DNA of 64,000 nucleotides from Bacteroidaceae bacterium (GCA_963654355.1 CAVKBM010000003.1:12056-76055); one strand, 5' to 3'. Counted from the first letter of the stretch, positions 18,493 through 28,960 are shown. Translations and numbers: made by a program. The notes: a model not told the origin generated them from the letters alone.

Positions 18493-18577
18493 CTTGTTCT
18501 CGTATATCGTTAACGCTTTTTGTGATTTCTAACGTAATCTTTCCTTACCATTTTTATGTTCTCTCGCATAATTGTTG

Positions 18578-18585
18578 TATTTTTG
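18578..18585 (+). promoter_or_regulatory. -7 promoter element
   Basis: TATTTTTG, 71 nt upstream of ATG 18656. Confidence 0.45.
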
Positions 18586-18655
18586 CAAGAAATTTATGTC
18601 GTTTGACTATCTATTTGTATAAAAACGATTTTTTGCATAAAAACAATATTTGAAG

Positions 18656-20143
18656 ATGGCGTATAAGTTTATTTCAGCCGAGGAAGCGGCTTCGTACATC
18701 AAAAATGGTGATGTCATTGGTATCGGAGGTTTCTCTTCTGTGGGTACGGTGAAAGCTGTCCCTGAAGCAATCGCTAAGAAAGCGGAAGATGAGCATGCTA
18801 AGGGTAACGAGTTCAAGATTGGTCTCATCACTGGTGGCTCGACAGGTGATCAGATTGATGGTGCGCTCTCTCGTGCCAAGGCAGTTCAATTCCGTACTCC
18901 TTTCCAGTCATCTAAGTCCATGCGCGATGCCATCAACAAATGCGAAGTGCATTATTTTGATATGCACCTTTCTCATGTGGCTCAGGACCTTCGCTATGGT
19001 TTCTTAGGCGGAATTGACTACGCTATGATTGAGGCGGCCGACATCACCGAAGACGGTGAAATAGTTCTTACGACCTCTGTCGGTATCACTCCTACGCTTT
19101 GTGAAAAGGCTAAACATATCATTATCGAGTTGAATGCCCATCATCCTGCTAAGATACATGGTATGCACGACCTCTATGAGCCTATCAACCCTCCTTATCG
19201 TAAGGCAATCCCTGTTTATAAACCCAACGACAGAATTGGTACGGCTACTTTAAAGATTGATAAGAGCAAGGTGTTGGGTGTCGTTCAAACAAATATGCCT
19301 GATGGTATCGCTCCGTTCACTCCTGTTGATGCGGTTACTGCTAAAATCGGGGAGAACGTTGCCAATTTCCTTTTGAGTGAACTTCACAAGGGTCTCATTC
19401 CTAAAGAGTTTCTTCCATTGCAGTCTGGTGTCGGGAACATTGCCAACGCAGTGTTGGGTTCTCTTGGAAAATGTCAAGACATTCCTGCTTTCACGATGTA
19501 TACGGAGGTGATTCAAAACTCTGTTATTGAGTTGATGAAGAACGGACGTATCCCTTTTGCTAGCGGTAGTTCATTGACTCTGTCTGACGATGTCTTAATG
19601 GATGTTTATAATAATTATGATTTCTTCAGAGATAAATTAATGCTTCGTCCGCAGGAGATTACCAACCATCCAGAGGTTGTCCGTCGTTTGGGTGTCATCG
19701 CCATCAACACGGCTTTGGAGGTTGATATTTTCGGAAACGTCAATAGTACGAATGTAGCAGGAAAGAAGATGATGAATGGTTTGGGAGGTTCTGCCGATTT
19801 CGCACGAAATGCTTATTTGTCTATCTTCACTTGTCCGTCTGTTGCGAAGAAAGGTGTCATTTCTGCTATTGTGCCAATGGTAAGCCATTTGGATAGCTCG
19901 GAACACTCAGTGAAGGTGATTGTAACGGAGCAGGGTGTGGCGGATTTGCGTGCTAAGTCGCCTATTCAACGTGCGCAGACCATCATTGAGAATTGCGTAC
20001 ACCCTGATTACAAAGAGTTGCTTTGGGACTACTTGAAGATGGCCGCAGGCACTTGTCACACTCCAATGACCTTGATGCAAGCGTTCAAGATGCATATAGC
20101 CCTTGAGGAGACGGGCGATATGCGCAACACTAAGTGGAATTAA
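18656..20143 (+). CDS. Acetyl-CoA hydrolase/transferase family protein, ScpC/YgfH-like succinate CoA-transferase
   Basis: Resembles E. coli ScpC along the full length from memory: 'LHLSHVAQDLRYGF', 'EFLPLQSGVGNIANAV', 'LRPQEITNHPEVVRRLGVIAINTALEVDIFGNVNST', 'HSEHSVKVIVTEQGVADLR'. Confidence 0.88.
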   Translation: MAYKFISAEEAASYIKNGDVIGIGGFSSVGTVKAVPEAIAKKAEDEHAKGNEFKIGLITGGSTGDQIDGALSRAKAVQFRTPFQSSKSMRDAINKCEVHYFDMHLSHVAQDLRYGFLGGIDYAMIEAADITEDGEIVLTTSVGITPTLCEKAKHIIIELNAHHPAKIHGMHDLYEPINPPYRKAIPVYKPNDRIGTATLKIDKSKVLGVVQTNMPDGIAPFTPVDAVTAKIGENVANFLLSELHKGLIPKEFLPLQSGVGNIANAVLGSLGKCQDIPAFTMYTEVIQNSVIELMKNGRIPFASGSSLTLSDDVLMDVYNNYDFFRDKLMLRPQEITNHPEVVRRLGVIAINTALEVDIFGNVNSTNVAGKKMMNGLGGSADFARNAYLSIFTCPSVAKKGVISAIVPMVSHLDSSEHSVKVIVTEQGVADLRAKSPIQRAQTIIENCVHPDYKELLWDYLKMAAGTCHTPMTLMQAFKMHIALEETGDMRNTKWN

Positions 20144-20165
20144 TTATACTTATTATATATATGCG

Positions 20166-20200
20166 GAAGCCGTTTCACGAGAGAAACGGCTTTTCTTCGT
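20166..20200 (+). terminator. Intrinsic terminator
   Basis: Stem GAAGCCGTTTC (20166-20176) pairs with GAAACGGCTTT (20183-20193) over 10 bp (AAGCCGTTTC/GAAACGGCTT), then TTTTCTTCGTTTT. Confidence 0.8.
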
Positions 20201-20201
20201 T

Positions 20202-20497
20202 TTATTCATCAAAAAAACTTTGCTTTTCCCAATCCTTTGGAAAACCCATCGCAAAAGGGTCAATCATTGGGTAGCGTACGAGCAATAGCTTGAAATCATT
20301 CACAATCGGGTGTTTCGGGACAATCGTTTCTCCTCTTCTACTTCAAATAGCTTAAGGTAGTTTGAAAATCGAAAATAACCGACATTTTCAAGAAATTTTA
20401 CTGCTTCCCCAATGTCTTCAATAATCAAATTTTTATTTTGAAGCATTAACAGAATCTCTCTTGTCTCCAAAGCAGGATTTAAATATTCCATACGCAA
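20202..20497 (-). pseudogene. Abi_2 (AbiD/AbiF-like abortive-infection) gene remnant
   Basis: A 65-aa ORF 'MEYLNPALETREILLMLQNKNLIIEDIGEAVKFLENVGYFRFSNYLKLF' looks like the Abi_2 N-terminus. A different frame downstream reads 'LLLVRYPMIDPFAMGFPKDWEKQSFFDE*', which looks like the family C-terminus. The central ~200 aa are missing. Confidence 0.7.
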
Positions 20498-20644
20498 ACA
20501 AAAATAAAAGTTCCGCCTTGGTACGCTGTTCCTCGGGAAGCGTGGCGGAATATATTAGTGCAAATATGCAACATATTCTAACGTGGCAAAATCTTGTTCC
20601 CTCTTTTTCATCCTCTTACTTGTTAATGTTTCTAAAAAAATAGT

Positions 20645-20652
20645 TAACTTTG
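20645..20652 (+). promoter_or_regulatory. -7 promoter element
   Basis: TAACTTTG, 35 nt upstream of ATG 20687. Confidence 0.5.
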
Positions 20653-20686
20653 CCCCTTGATTGGGCTTAATTCAAATTAATTTTCT

Positions 20687-23600
20687 ATGTTGAAAAATAC
20701 AATTTTAGACTTGTTTGGCAAAATCATAGATTTCTCTAAAATATTGATTGGGTGCGCTTTGATTGTTGCACCATTTGGAGCTTGGGCTCAGGCGGAACTG
20801 CCGTTGAATGTGACGGAATCAACGTTTAATGATGAAAGTATCATTACGACTGCATACGAACAGAATGATGATACAGATAAACCTTATTGGAATAGTGATC
20901 AGGGTGGAATCCAGGTTGGGGATGCTAACATCCTTAGTAATCATGGAGGTTGGAATTGGGGCGAGAAGTTTGTGTATATATACTTCAAAAATGTTCCAGA
21001 CTCTTTGTACTTTGTGGGTTCAAGCCAATCCGAGTCTACTGGTCCTAAAATTAAATTGTTGAAGTATAAACCTCAGGTGTGGAGAGTCGCCCAGAGTCCT
21101 AATGGTAGTTCGTGGACGGTAACTACTTTAGATAGTACCTGTTCTACACAGTGTGACGATCACTATTTTAATGTGAAATTGGAAAATACGACTCGTGTTG
21201 TTCGACTTTCATATGTGGGAAATTTGCGCGCTTGGTTCAAGAATATACGTATTACTGCAAAATACTATGATTTGCAGGCAATTTTGGATGGCGTGGAAAT
21301 TAAAAATGAAAAAGTAAGACCATACGATCCGATTAGTGTTGAGGTAGAGAAGAAAGATTGTTATACGGTGGTATGGAATCAAGAGATTCCTGAGACAATG
21401 CCAGAAAGTAATTTGTTGCTTGTTGGTAATAATACTATTAACAAAGAAACCATCAACCTAAAAGTTACCAATTCCGATTTAGGTGTTACACTTGAGGATT
21501 ATTCTAAAACTTTTGATTGTGGTTCTAATATTGAGGTCGATGGCCCTTCTCAGAAAGGTTACACTTTTCAGGGTTGGTCGCCTGAATTGCCGGAGGTGGC
21601 TTCGGATGCTATCAATGGGAATACCTATACGGCTCAATGGTTGCACAATGAATATAGATTCGTGGTCTACACGACAGATGTGGATTCGACTGTGGAGGTG
21701 AAGCATTATGGAGATGAGATCTTGCTTGCAGCCCCTGCTCGAACAGGCTATGTCTTTAAAGGATGGGATGTGAGCGTGCCTGCGACAATGCCTTTGGGCG
21801 ATGTTACGATTCACGCAAAGTGGAGTTTGGATCAATATGAATTGATTCTCAATAAGGGATTGGATTTCAACCCCAAGGCGGATACTATCACTTACGACTA
21901 TACGGAGAAGGTCTCTGTGAAGGATCTTTCACATGAGGGTTATGACTTCAAAGGATGGGATCCTGCCTTGCCAGAGACAATGCCTGCCAACGATGTTGAG
22001 GCCACGGCTCAATGGCAAATCCAAGAATACCGCTATGTGATTTACACTACCGACGATGATTCGACTGTTGAAATAAAAGAATATAATGAGAAATTGGAGG
22101 AATTGGAGGACCCCGCTCGTCGTGAGGGCTACACCTTCAAGGGTTGGGATGTAGAACAACCAACTAACATGCCTGCTAAGGATTTGATTATCAAAGCGAT
22201 TTGGGAACTGAACACTCGCACGATCACCCTGAAGGTGGACGATGAAGAGTATCTCTCTCAATCATTCAAATATGGTGCGGATGTTAAACTGAAAGGATAC
22301 ACGGATCCAAAGAAGGATGGTTACACTTTCGTGGGCTGGAACGATGAGATTCCGACGACCATGCCTGATAAAGACATCGTTTTGGATGCGCAATTTGAAA
22401 TCAATGAATATCGTGTGGTTTGGGTGAACGATCCAGATGACATGACGCTCAACGATACCATATACTATAATTATGGTGCGAAAGTGGGTAGGATGAGCGA
22501 CCCTGAAAAGACAGGCTACACCTTTAAAGGATGGAGCGAGGAAGTGCCAGAAACGATGCCTGCCAAGAACATCACCTTTATTTCTCAGTGGAATGTTAAC
22601 TCTTATAGTCTCATCTTTAAAGTAGATGGTTCTGTTTTTGTAAAGCAGTCATACGACTATAATGCGGTAATCGACTATTCTTCCGTCTCAAATCCAAAGA
22701 AGACAGGTTTCTTCTTCTTAGGTTGGGGTGATGGTCTTCCAACGGTTATGCCTGATCATGATGTGGAACTGACTGCGAACTGGTCGGCTAACGCCTACGC
22801 ATTTATCGTGGTTTATGATGAAGCCGACCCTTCACTGAACGATACCACCTATTATGAGTATCAAACCGAACTTCCAACTTTGAAGACACCTGAAAAGACA
22901 GGTTATTCGTTCAGAGGATGGGATGTGAAAGTGCCAGAGACGATGCCAGACAATGACTTGGTTATCACTGCACAATGGACTATCAATGATTATGTCTTGA
23001 CGACGTTGGTCAACTGTAAACCTACGGAATACAGATATACCTACGGCGATGCAGTTTCTATTGCCGATCCTTTTGAAGTAGGATATCAATTTAAAGGATG
23101 GCGACAAGAAGTGCCAACCACAATGCCTGGTCGGAACGTGTTGATTGTTGCTAATATGGAGTTACTCAAATACAACTTTATCACTGTTGTTGATGAGGTT
23201 CGCGACACAACAGTTTACGATTATACCGCAGTGATTGAAACACCTGCTTCTCCAGAGAAAGAAGGATTCACATTCGCAGGTTGGAGTGGAGAGATTCCTG
23301 AAACAATGCCTGCCGAAGACGTTACGATTTCTGCAAAGTGGACTCGTAATTCATACAATATCTATTTCGTGAATGATGGCGATACCATTGAACAGCGTGT
23401 TTATCCATACGAGGATGAAATATCTGTTCCTGTAGAACCTTCAAAAACAGGATTTACTTTTGCAGGTTGGTATGATGCGAATGGAGATGAAGTGCCTGCG
23501 ACCATGCCTGCGGAAGACTTAACTTTCGAGGCAACTTGGGATATTAACACCTACTACTTCGTAACCATTGTTGATGATGATACTACGGATAGGAAATATA

Positions 23601-25567
23601 GCTTTGGAGCGGAAATAGCAGTGCCTGAAAGTCCATCAAAAACAGGTTATACATTCTATAAATGGGATAAGACAATTCCAAAGATGATGCCTGCTTATAA
23701 CGACACCATTGTCGCCTTGTGGAAAATCAACTCCTATACGGTCAATTGGGTGGTTGACGACGACACAACTTCTGTGTCCTACGAATATGGCGCATCCATT
23801 GAAAAAATTAAGGACCCAGAGAAAGAGGGCTACTCGTTTGAAGGTTGGAACAAGACTGTCGCTTCAACGATGCCAGCAGGCGATTTGACCTATGTCGCAG
23901 AGTTCTCAATCAACACATATAGAGTCTATGTAACTGTTGAGGGTAAAACGGACTCTACGAAATATACGTTTGGCGAGTCGGTAGAAGTGCCTGATGATCC
24001 TGTAAAAGAGGGCTTCATATTCAATGGTTGGAGCGAAGATTTCCCTATGACGATGCCAGCTCATGATGTCAGAATTGAAGCTTCTTTTGCTCGTGAGACG
24101 TACGAGATTATCGCAATTGCCGAGAGTGATACATTCTACTACGAATTTGCGTACGAGGAGAAAATCAAAAACATAATTGCTCCATCTGTAACAGGAAAGA
24201 TTTTTGACCATTGGGAACCAGATATTCCAGAGACAATGCCTGCCTACGGATTCTATCTCCGTGCAATCTACAAATCACAAGATGTTGTGTTGGTTGAAAA
24301 GGTGGATGATGAAACCAATATTCATTACTACAAATACGGAGAAGAGATAGTTTTGCCGACAGACCCTGAGAAGGAAGGCTATACGTTTACAGGATGGATG
24401 CCTGAGTATCCGACGATCATGCCAGACACAAACGTGATTGTTGAGGCTCAATTTGAAATCAACTCATACAACTTCACAGTCATTGTAGATGATGATACGA
24501 CGACAACGGTATATGAATATGGCGCAGATGTTATCGCTCCTGAAAATCCAGTGAAGGTGGGTCATGACTTTGAAAAATGGAATGTGGAGATTCCAAAGAC
24601 TATGCCTGCAAAAGATGTAACGATAAAGGCAGTGTTCTCTTGCAATGCTTTCGATTTCACTGTGAATGCCAATGATGACAAAACGGTTACCTCATACAGA
24701 TATGGTGAAGAAGTGGTTGCTCCAGAAGATCCAACTCGTGAGGGCTATACATTCACAGGTTGGGATGCTGAAATCCCTGTGACGATGCCAGATAGCAACG
24801 TAACCATCAATGCTTTGTGGACTATCAACCGATATGCTGTAATCTATATTGACAGAAATGATACCGTCGCTGTTGATACGTTTGATTATAATGCGAAAAT
24901 TGAGACTGTTTCAGTGGGCGACCGAGAGGGCTATACTTTCAGTGGATGGGGAAGTGTTCCATCAACTATGCCTGCTAAAGATTTAACACTTAATGCAGTA
25001 TGGACGGTGGAGACATATGATTTCATCTATGCAACCACCAAGAAAACGGTTATGGTCAGTTATTCGTATGGCGACTCTATCAAGATGCCACCGACTCCGA
25101 GTCGAAAAGGTTATACTTTTGATGGTTGGAGTGCGGAAATTCCTGCGACCATGCCTGCCCATGACGTGAAGGTGAATGCAGTATGGGTAGCAAACACTTA
25201 TACTGTAACGATGAATGTTGACGGTGTGACAAAATCTCAGACTTTTGTGTATGGTGATTCCATTGTCTTGGATAAACAGTCGAAGTATGGATATGTGTTC
25301 AAAGGTTGGGAAGAGTATTTACCAGAGACGATGCCTGCACACGACTTGACACTCACGGCAAAGTTCAAAGCCAAAGGGAATCTGATAGTTTACTCGGACA
25401 ATGGTAAAGTTTATGTGACGGGAATCCCAGAGAGTGCGGATGTCCTTGTGGTGGATGTCTTGGGGCGAGTCATTTATAGAGGAAAAGAGAGAGAGTTCAA
25501 CTTTAACGTGGGGGATGTTTTCATAGTGAAGAGCGTAGGACAAGAGAAGAAAATATTAGTTAAGTAA
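20687..25567 (+). CDS. Giant secreted protein: unassigned N-terminal domain, ~22 Listeria-Bacteroides (InlB B-repeat/Flg_new) repeats, T9SS C-terminal sorting domain
   Basis: N-terminal signal peptide. ~65-70 aa units each contain 'G(Y/F)xF.GW....P.TMP..D(V/L)......W'. The last ~70 aa 'LIVYSDNGKVYVTGIPESADVLVVDVLGRVIYRG...GDVFIVKSVGQEKKILVK' resemble a Por_Secre_tail. Confidence 0.85.
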   Translation: MLKNTILDLFGKIIDFSKILIGCALIVAPFGAWAQAELPLNVTESTFNDESIITTAYEQNDDTDKPYWNSDQGGIQVGDANILSNHGGWNWGEKFVYIYFKNVPDSLYFVGSSQSESTGPKIKLLKYKPQVWRVAQSPNGSSWTVTTLDSTCSTQCDDHYFNVKLENTTRVVRLSYVGNLRAWFKNIRITAKYYDLQAILDGVEIKNEKVRPYDPISVEVEKKDCYTVVWNQEIPETMPESNLLLVGNNTINKETINLKVTNSDLGVTLEDYSKTFDCGSNIEVDGPSQKGYTFQGWSPELPEVASDAINGNTYTAQWLHNEYRFVVYTTDVDSTVEVKHYGDEILLAAPARTGYVFKGWDVSVPATMPLGDVTIHAKWSLDQYELILNKGLDFNPKADTITYDYTEKVSVKDLSHEGYDFKGWDPALPETMPANDVEATAQWQIQEYRYVIYTTDDDSTVEIKEYNEKLEELEDPARREGYTFKGWDVEQPTNMPAKDLIIKAIWELNTRTITLKVDDEEYLSQSFKYGADVKLKGYTDPKKDGYTFVGWNDEIPTTMPDKDIVLDAQFEINEYRVVWVNDPDDMTLNDTIYYNYGAKVGRMSDPEKTGYTFKGWSEEVPETMPAKNITFISQWNVNSYSLIFKVDGSVFVKQSYDYNAVIDYSSVSNPKKTGFFFLGWGDGLPTVMPDHDVELTANWSANAYAFIVVYDEADPSLNDTTYYEYQTELPTLKTPEKTGYSFRGWDVKVPETMPDNDLVITAQWTINDYVLTTLVNCKPTEYRYTYGDAVSIADPFEVGYQFKGWRQEVPTTMPGRNVLIVANMELLKYNFITVVDEVRDTTVYDYTAVIETPASPEKEGFTFAGWSGEIPETMPAEDVTISAKWTRNSYNIYFVNDGDTIEQRVYPYEDEISVPVEPSKTGFTFAGWYDANGDEVPATMPAEDLTFEATWDINTYYFVTIVDDDTTDRKYSFGAEIAVPESPSKTGYTFYKWDKTIPKMMPAYNDTIVALWKINSYTVNWVVDDDTTSVSYEYGASIEKIKDPEKEGYSFEGWNKTVASTMPAGDLTYVAEFSINTYRVYVTVEGKTDSTKYTFGESVEVPDDPVKEGFIFNGWSEDFPMTMPAHDVRIEASFARETYEIIAIAESDTFYYEFAYEEKIKNIIAPSVTGKIFDHWEPDIPETMPAYGFYLRAIYKSQDVVLVEKVDDETNIHYYKYGEEIVLPTDPEKEGYTFTGWMPEYPTIMPDTNVIVEAQFEINSYNFTVIVDDDTTTTVYEYGADVIAPENPVKVGHDFEKWNVEIPKTMPAKDVTIKAVFSCNAFDFTVNANDDKTVTSYRYGEEVVAPEDPTREGYTFTGWDAEIPVTMPDSNVTINALWTINRYAVIYIDRNDTVAVDTFDYNAKIETVSVGDREGYTFSGWGSVPSTMPAKDLTLNAVWTVETYDFIYATTKKTVMVSYSYGDSIKMPPTPSRKGYTFDGWSAEIPATMPAHDVKVNAVWVANTYTVTMNVDGVTKSQTFVYGDSIVLDKQSKYGYVFKGWEEYLPETMPAHDLTLTAKFKAKGNLIVYSDNGKVYVTGIPESADVLVVDVLGRVIYRGKEREFNFNVGDVFIVKSVGQEKKILVK

Positions 25568-25585
25568 AAATTAACATAGCATAGA

Positions 25586-25626
25586 AGAAAGCGAGAAGTC
25601 ATAAAAATTTCTCGCTTTCTTGTTTG
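25586..25626 (+). terminator. Intrinsic terminator
   Basis: 12-bp stem AGAAAGCGAGAA (25586-25597) pairs with TTCTCGCTTTCT (25609-25620), then TGTTTG. Confidence 0.8.
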
Positions 25627-25700
25627 TGGAATATTGTTTAGCCCCAATGAATGTTAAGCATTTTTAGCGAAAAAATGGCTTGTATTTACTTTTTTTAAGT

Positions 25701-25708
25701 TACATTTG
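25701..25708 (+). promoter_or_regulatory. -7 promoter element for susC-like operon
   Basis: TACATTTG, 76 nt upstream of ATG 25784. Confidence 0.5.
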
Positions 25709-25783
25709 CGCTAAACTTTGTTCATTGGCGATAGAGTTTACGTGTAGAATATTAATTCACATAAATAATAGTCAAAAAGAAAA

Positions 25784-28700
25784 ATGAGAAGATTTTTGTT
25801 GTCTTTAGCAGCGCTCTTCACTTGTTACACTTTGATGGCGGAAAGAACCATCAAGGGTAAAGTCTCCGATTCGGGAGGCGCATTGCCAAGTGCGAGCGTG
25901 ATGATCCAAGGAACGACGAAAGGTGTTCCTACGGATTTTGACGGAAATTATTCGATTTCTGTTGAGAATGGAGACGTGTTAGAGATCTCTTACATGGGAT
26001 ACTCCACGAAAACCATTAAGGTCACAGCGAAAACTCCAAGTGTTTTAAACATCACAATGGAGGAAGATGCTCAGATGTTGGAAGACGTCGTCGTTGAAGT
26101 CGGTTACGGAAAAATGCGTAAGTCAGACTTGACAGGATCTCTTTCATCAGTTAACGAGGATGCTTTGAAATCTACAAGTTCTGTTTCTGTAGACCAAGCA
26201 TTGCAAGGACGTGTGTCTGGTGTGCAGGTGTCTGCTTCATCAGGTCAGCCTGGAGCCGAGTCTTCTGTGCGTATCCGTGGTACATCTACTTTGACTGGTA
26301 ACTCTTCTCCTCTTTATGTTGTAGATGGTATGCCTATCGGTGGTGGTAAGCAAAGTACGGGTTCTAACCCCTTGGCTGCTATCAACCCTGCAGACATCGT
26401 ATCTATGGAAGTCTTGAAGGATGCGTCTGCAACAGCTATTTATGGTTCTCGTGCGGCAAACGGTGTCATCATGATTACCACTAAGAAGGGTAGCGATGCT
26501 CAATCAAAGGTTTCTTACTCTGGATCATTCTCAGTTTCTTCTGTTGGAAAGAGCGACAGATTGGATTTGATGGATTTGCAAGAGTATGCAAGCTTCTACA
26601 CAGATCCTACTGTTATGTCTGCGTTTAAAGTGGCTTCAGCCGATGCTGAGTTAAAGGCAGCAGCTTTGGTAGGTGGTAAGGGTACCGATTGGCAAGATGA
26701 AATCTATCGTTCTGCTATCAGCCACAGCCACCAGGTTTCTGTTACAGGTGGTAACAAAGAAACACAGTTCGCTTTCTCTTTGGGTTATATGAATCAGAAT
26801 GGTGTTATCATCAACACTGACTTCCAACGTTTCAACGGTCGTTTCAACTTGGAGAACCAAACTAAGAAATGGTTGCGTACAGGTATCAACTTGGCTTATA
26901 CTCATATCACTCAAACTAAGCAAAAAGGTTTTGAGTTGTCTGATGATAACTCTTTGAATGGTATCGGTGTGGGTGGTGCAACTGATGAGGCTATCTTCGT
27001 TCAGTCTTTGATTTCAAAACCTTCTACTGCTCCAACTGATTTTGACGGAAATTACACAGAGTTAGGTTCAGAGTCTTCTGAAATTAAAACTAACCCTGTT
27101 CGTGATGCTAACTACTCTCCAATCTACGTTACTAAGAACAATGTTTTGGGTAATGTGTTCGCTAACATTGATTTCACTAAAGACCTCTCTTGGCGTAATG
27201 AATTCGGTGTTGACTATACCAACGCTGAGGAGCAGCAATTCGTTCCTTCACAGGCAAATGCAGGTAATACTCAAGAGTTCATCGAGCGTCAAAATATGTA
27301 CTGGCGTTTTTCTTCTACTTTGAACTACGGTACAAACTTTGGCGTGTCTAAGAAACACCGTTTCGGTGCGATGTTGGGTTACGAGGCTTGGCAGGCAACT
27401 TGGAGCGGTTACGATATGACAAAGGCTAACTACTTGGATGATAACTTGTTCGTAGACAAGAAATACCAAAACACTAACCTTGGTGAGGTTCAAAATATCA
27501 CTGGTTACAAAGGTGCTCAGGCTATGATGTCTGCTTTCGCTCGTTTGAACTACAACTATGATGAAAGATACTTGATTACTGCGACTGGTCGTTTCGATGG
27601 TTCGTCAACTTTGGCTAAGGAAAATCGTTGGGGCTTCTTCCCTTCATTCGCTTTGGCTTGGCGTGCAGACCAAGAGTCATTCATTAAAGACAACGACAAT
27701 GTTCGTAAGGTGATTTCTTCTTTGAAGGTTCGTGCAGGTTACGGACAAACTGGTAACGCTGGTTCTAACATGGGTTATTTGCCATACTACAAGCAGGTTC
27801 GTGGTTTGAACGGTAACGGTATCACTTACGGTACTTGGTTGAACAATGATTTGATTTGGGAGACAAACTGGCAGGTGAACGGTGGTGTTGATATCAGTTT
27901 CATGCGTCGTGATCGTATCTCATTGACATTTGATGCATTCTACAAACAAAACAACGATTTGATTGTTAAGGCTGAGCCTGGTGCTACTTTGGCTTCTACT
28001 TCTGACACTTACTTGTACACAGGTATTCCTGATATCAACGCAGGTTCAATGAAGAACGCTGGATTCGATATTACGTTGACAACTATCAATATCGACAAGC
28101 AGTTGGGCGACCACAACTTCACTTGGACAACAGACGTAAACTTCTCATTGGTACGTAACGAGGTTTTGAAATTGCAATCTGATTCAACTTCTTTGAATGG
28201 TAACCAATACTTCAAGGCTGCAACAAGAACTTACTGTAAGTCTATGGTAGGTCATGCTCCAGGTTTATTCTATGGTTACAAGACAGACGGAATCATTCAA
28301 AACACTCAACAGTTGAATGCAGTAAAGCGTTTTGATGGTACTGAAGTGGGTGATATTAACTACGTTGATATCAACTCAGATGGTAAGATTGACGAAAGCG
28401 ATAAGACATTTATTGGAGATCCTAACCCAGACTTCACATTCGGTATGAACAATACTTTGTCTTGGGGCCCTTGGTCATTCAACATCTTCATCGCCGGTTC
28501 TTACGGAAACGATGTTTACAACTTGCTTCGTTCTAAGTTGGAAGGTATGGACCGTTCTAACATCAACCAATTGGCTACAGTGTTAGACTATGCGAAAGTT
28601 GCTACAGATGCTGACGGTAACAAGTATGTTGTTAACTCAAATACCAACATGCCTCGTCCAAACTCAACTGCCAATGGTAGTGATGACGCCAATACAGTGT

Positions 28701-28960
28701 CAGACCGTTACGTTGAGGATGCTTCATTCTTGAGAATTCAGTCAGTAGGACTTTCTTACACATTGCCTAAGCGTTGTACTGAGAAGATGCATATGAGCAA
28801 CTTCAAGTTGTCTTTCAACGTACAAAACGTTGCAACTTTCACAAATTACTCTGGAATGAATCCTGAGGTCTCTAATAGCAGCGCAATTCTCCAAGGTGTT
28901 GACGCCGGTGGTTATCCATTGCCACGTCAGTTTGTCGTTGGTTTGAATTTCGACTTCTAA
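25784..28960 (+). CDS. SusC/RagA family TonB-dependent outer-membrane transporter
   Basis: N-terminal carboxypeptidase-regulatory-like fold 'IKGKVSDSGGALPSASVMIQGTTKGVPTDFDGNYSI'. TonB box region 'DVVVEVGYG'. Plug motif 'LQGRVSGVQV'. C-terminal '...GLNFDF'. No STN domain. Confidence 0.92.
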   Translation: MRRFLLSLAALFTCYTLMAERTIKGKVSDSGGALPSASVMIQGTTKGVPTDFDGNYSISVENGDVLEISYMGYSTKTIKVTAKTPSVLNITMEEDAQMLEDVVVEVGYGKMRKSDLTGSLSSVNEDALKSTSSVSVDQALQGRVSGVQVSASSGQPGAESSVRIRGTSTLTGNSSPLYVVDGMPIGGGKQSTGSNPLAAINPADIVSMEVLKDASATAIYGSRAANGVIMITTKKGSDAQSKVSYSGSFSVSSVGKSDRLDLMDLQEYASFYTDPTVMSAFKVASADAELKAAALVGGKGTDWQDEIYRSAISHSHQVSVTGGNKETQFAFSLGYMNQNGVIINTDFQRFNGRFNLENQTKKWLRTGINLAYTHITQTKQKGFELSDDNSLNGIGVGGATDEAIFVQSLISKPSTAPTDFDGNYTELGSESSEIKTNPVRDANYSPIYVTKNNVLGNVFANIDFTKDLSWRNEFGVDYTNAEEQQFVPSQANAGNTQEFIERQNMYWRFSSTLNYGTNFGVSKKHRFGAMLGYEAWQATWSGYDMTKANYLDDNLFVDKKYQNTNLGEVQNITGYKGAQAMMSAFARLNYNYDERYLITATGRFDGSSTLAKENRWGFFPSFALAWRADQESFIKDNDNVRKVISSLKVRAGYGQTGNAGSNMGYLPYYKQVRGLNGNGITYGTWLNNDLIWETNWQVNGGVDISFMRRDRISLTFDAFYKQNNDLIVKAEPGATLASTSDTYLYTGIPDINAGSMKNAGFDITLTTINIDKQLGDHNFTWTTDVNFSLVRNEVLKLQSDSTSLNGNQYFKAATRTYCKSMVGHAPGLFYGYKTDGIIQNTQQLNAVKRFDGTEVGDINYVDINSDGKIDESDKTFIGDPNPDFTFGMNNTLSWGPWSFNIFIAGSYGNDVYNLLRSKLEGMDRSNINQLATVLDYAKVATDADGNKYVVNSNTNMPRPNSTANGSDDANTVSDRYVEDASFLRIQSVGLSYTLPKRCTEKMHMSNFKLSFNVQNVATFTNYSGMNPEVSNSSAILQGVDAGGYPLPRQFVVGLNFDF

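Noticed and set aside
20687-25567. The repeats of the giant gene as DNA-level tandem repeats or a mobile element.
   Set aside because: The periodicity is visible in the protein, but the nucleotide copies are well diverged. There are no long identical DNA blocks or terminal repeats.
25644-25728. Inverted repeat CCAATGAA/TTCATTGG flanking the susC -7 box, as a possible invertible promoter.
   Set aside because: Only 8 bp pair perfectly, far shorter than known Bacteroides invertase sites. No recombinase gene is nearby. This is compatible with chance.
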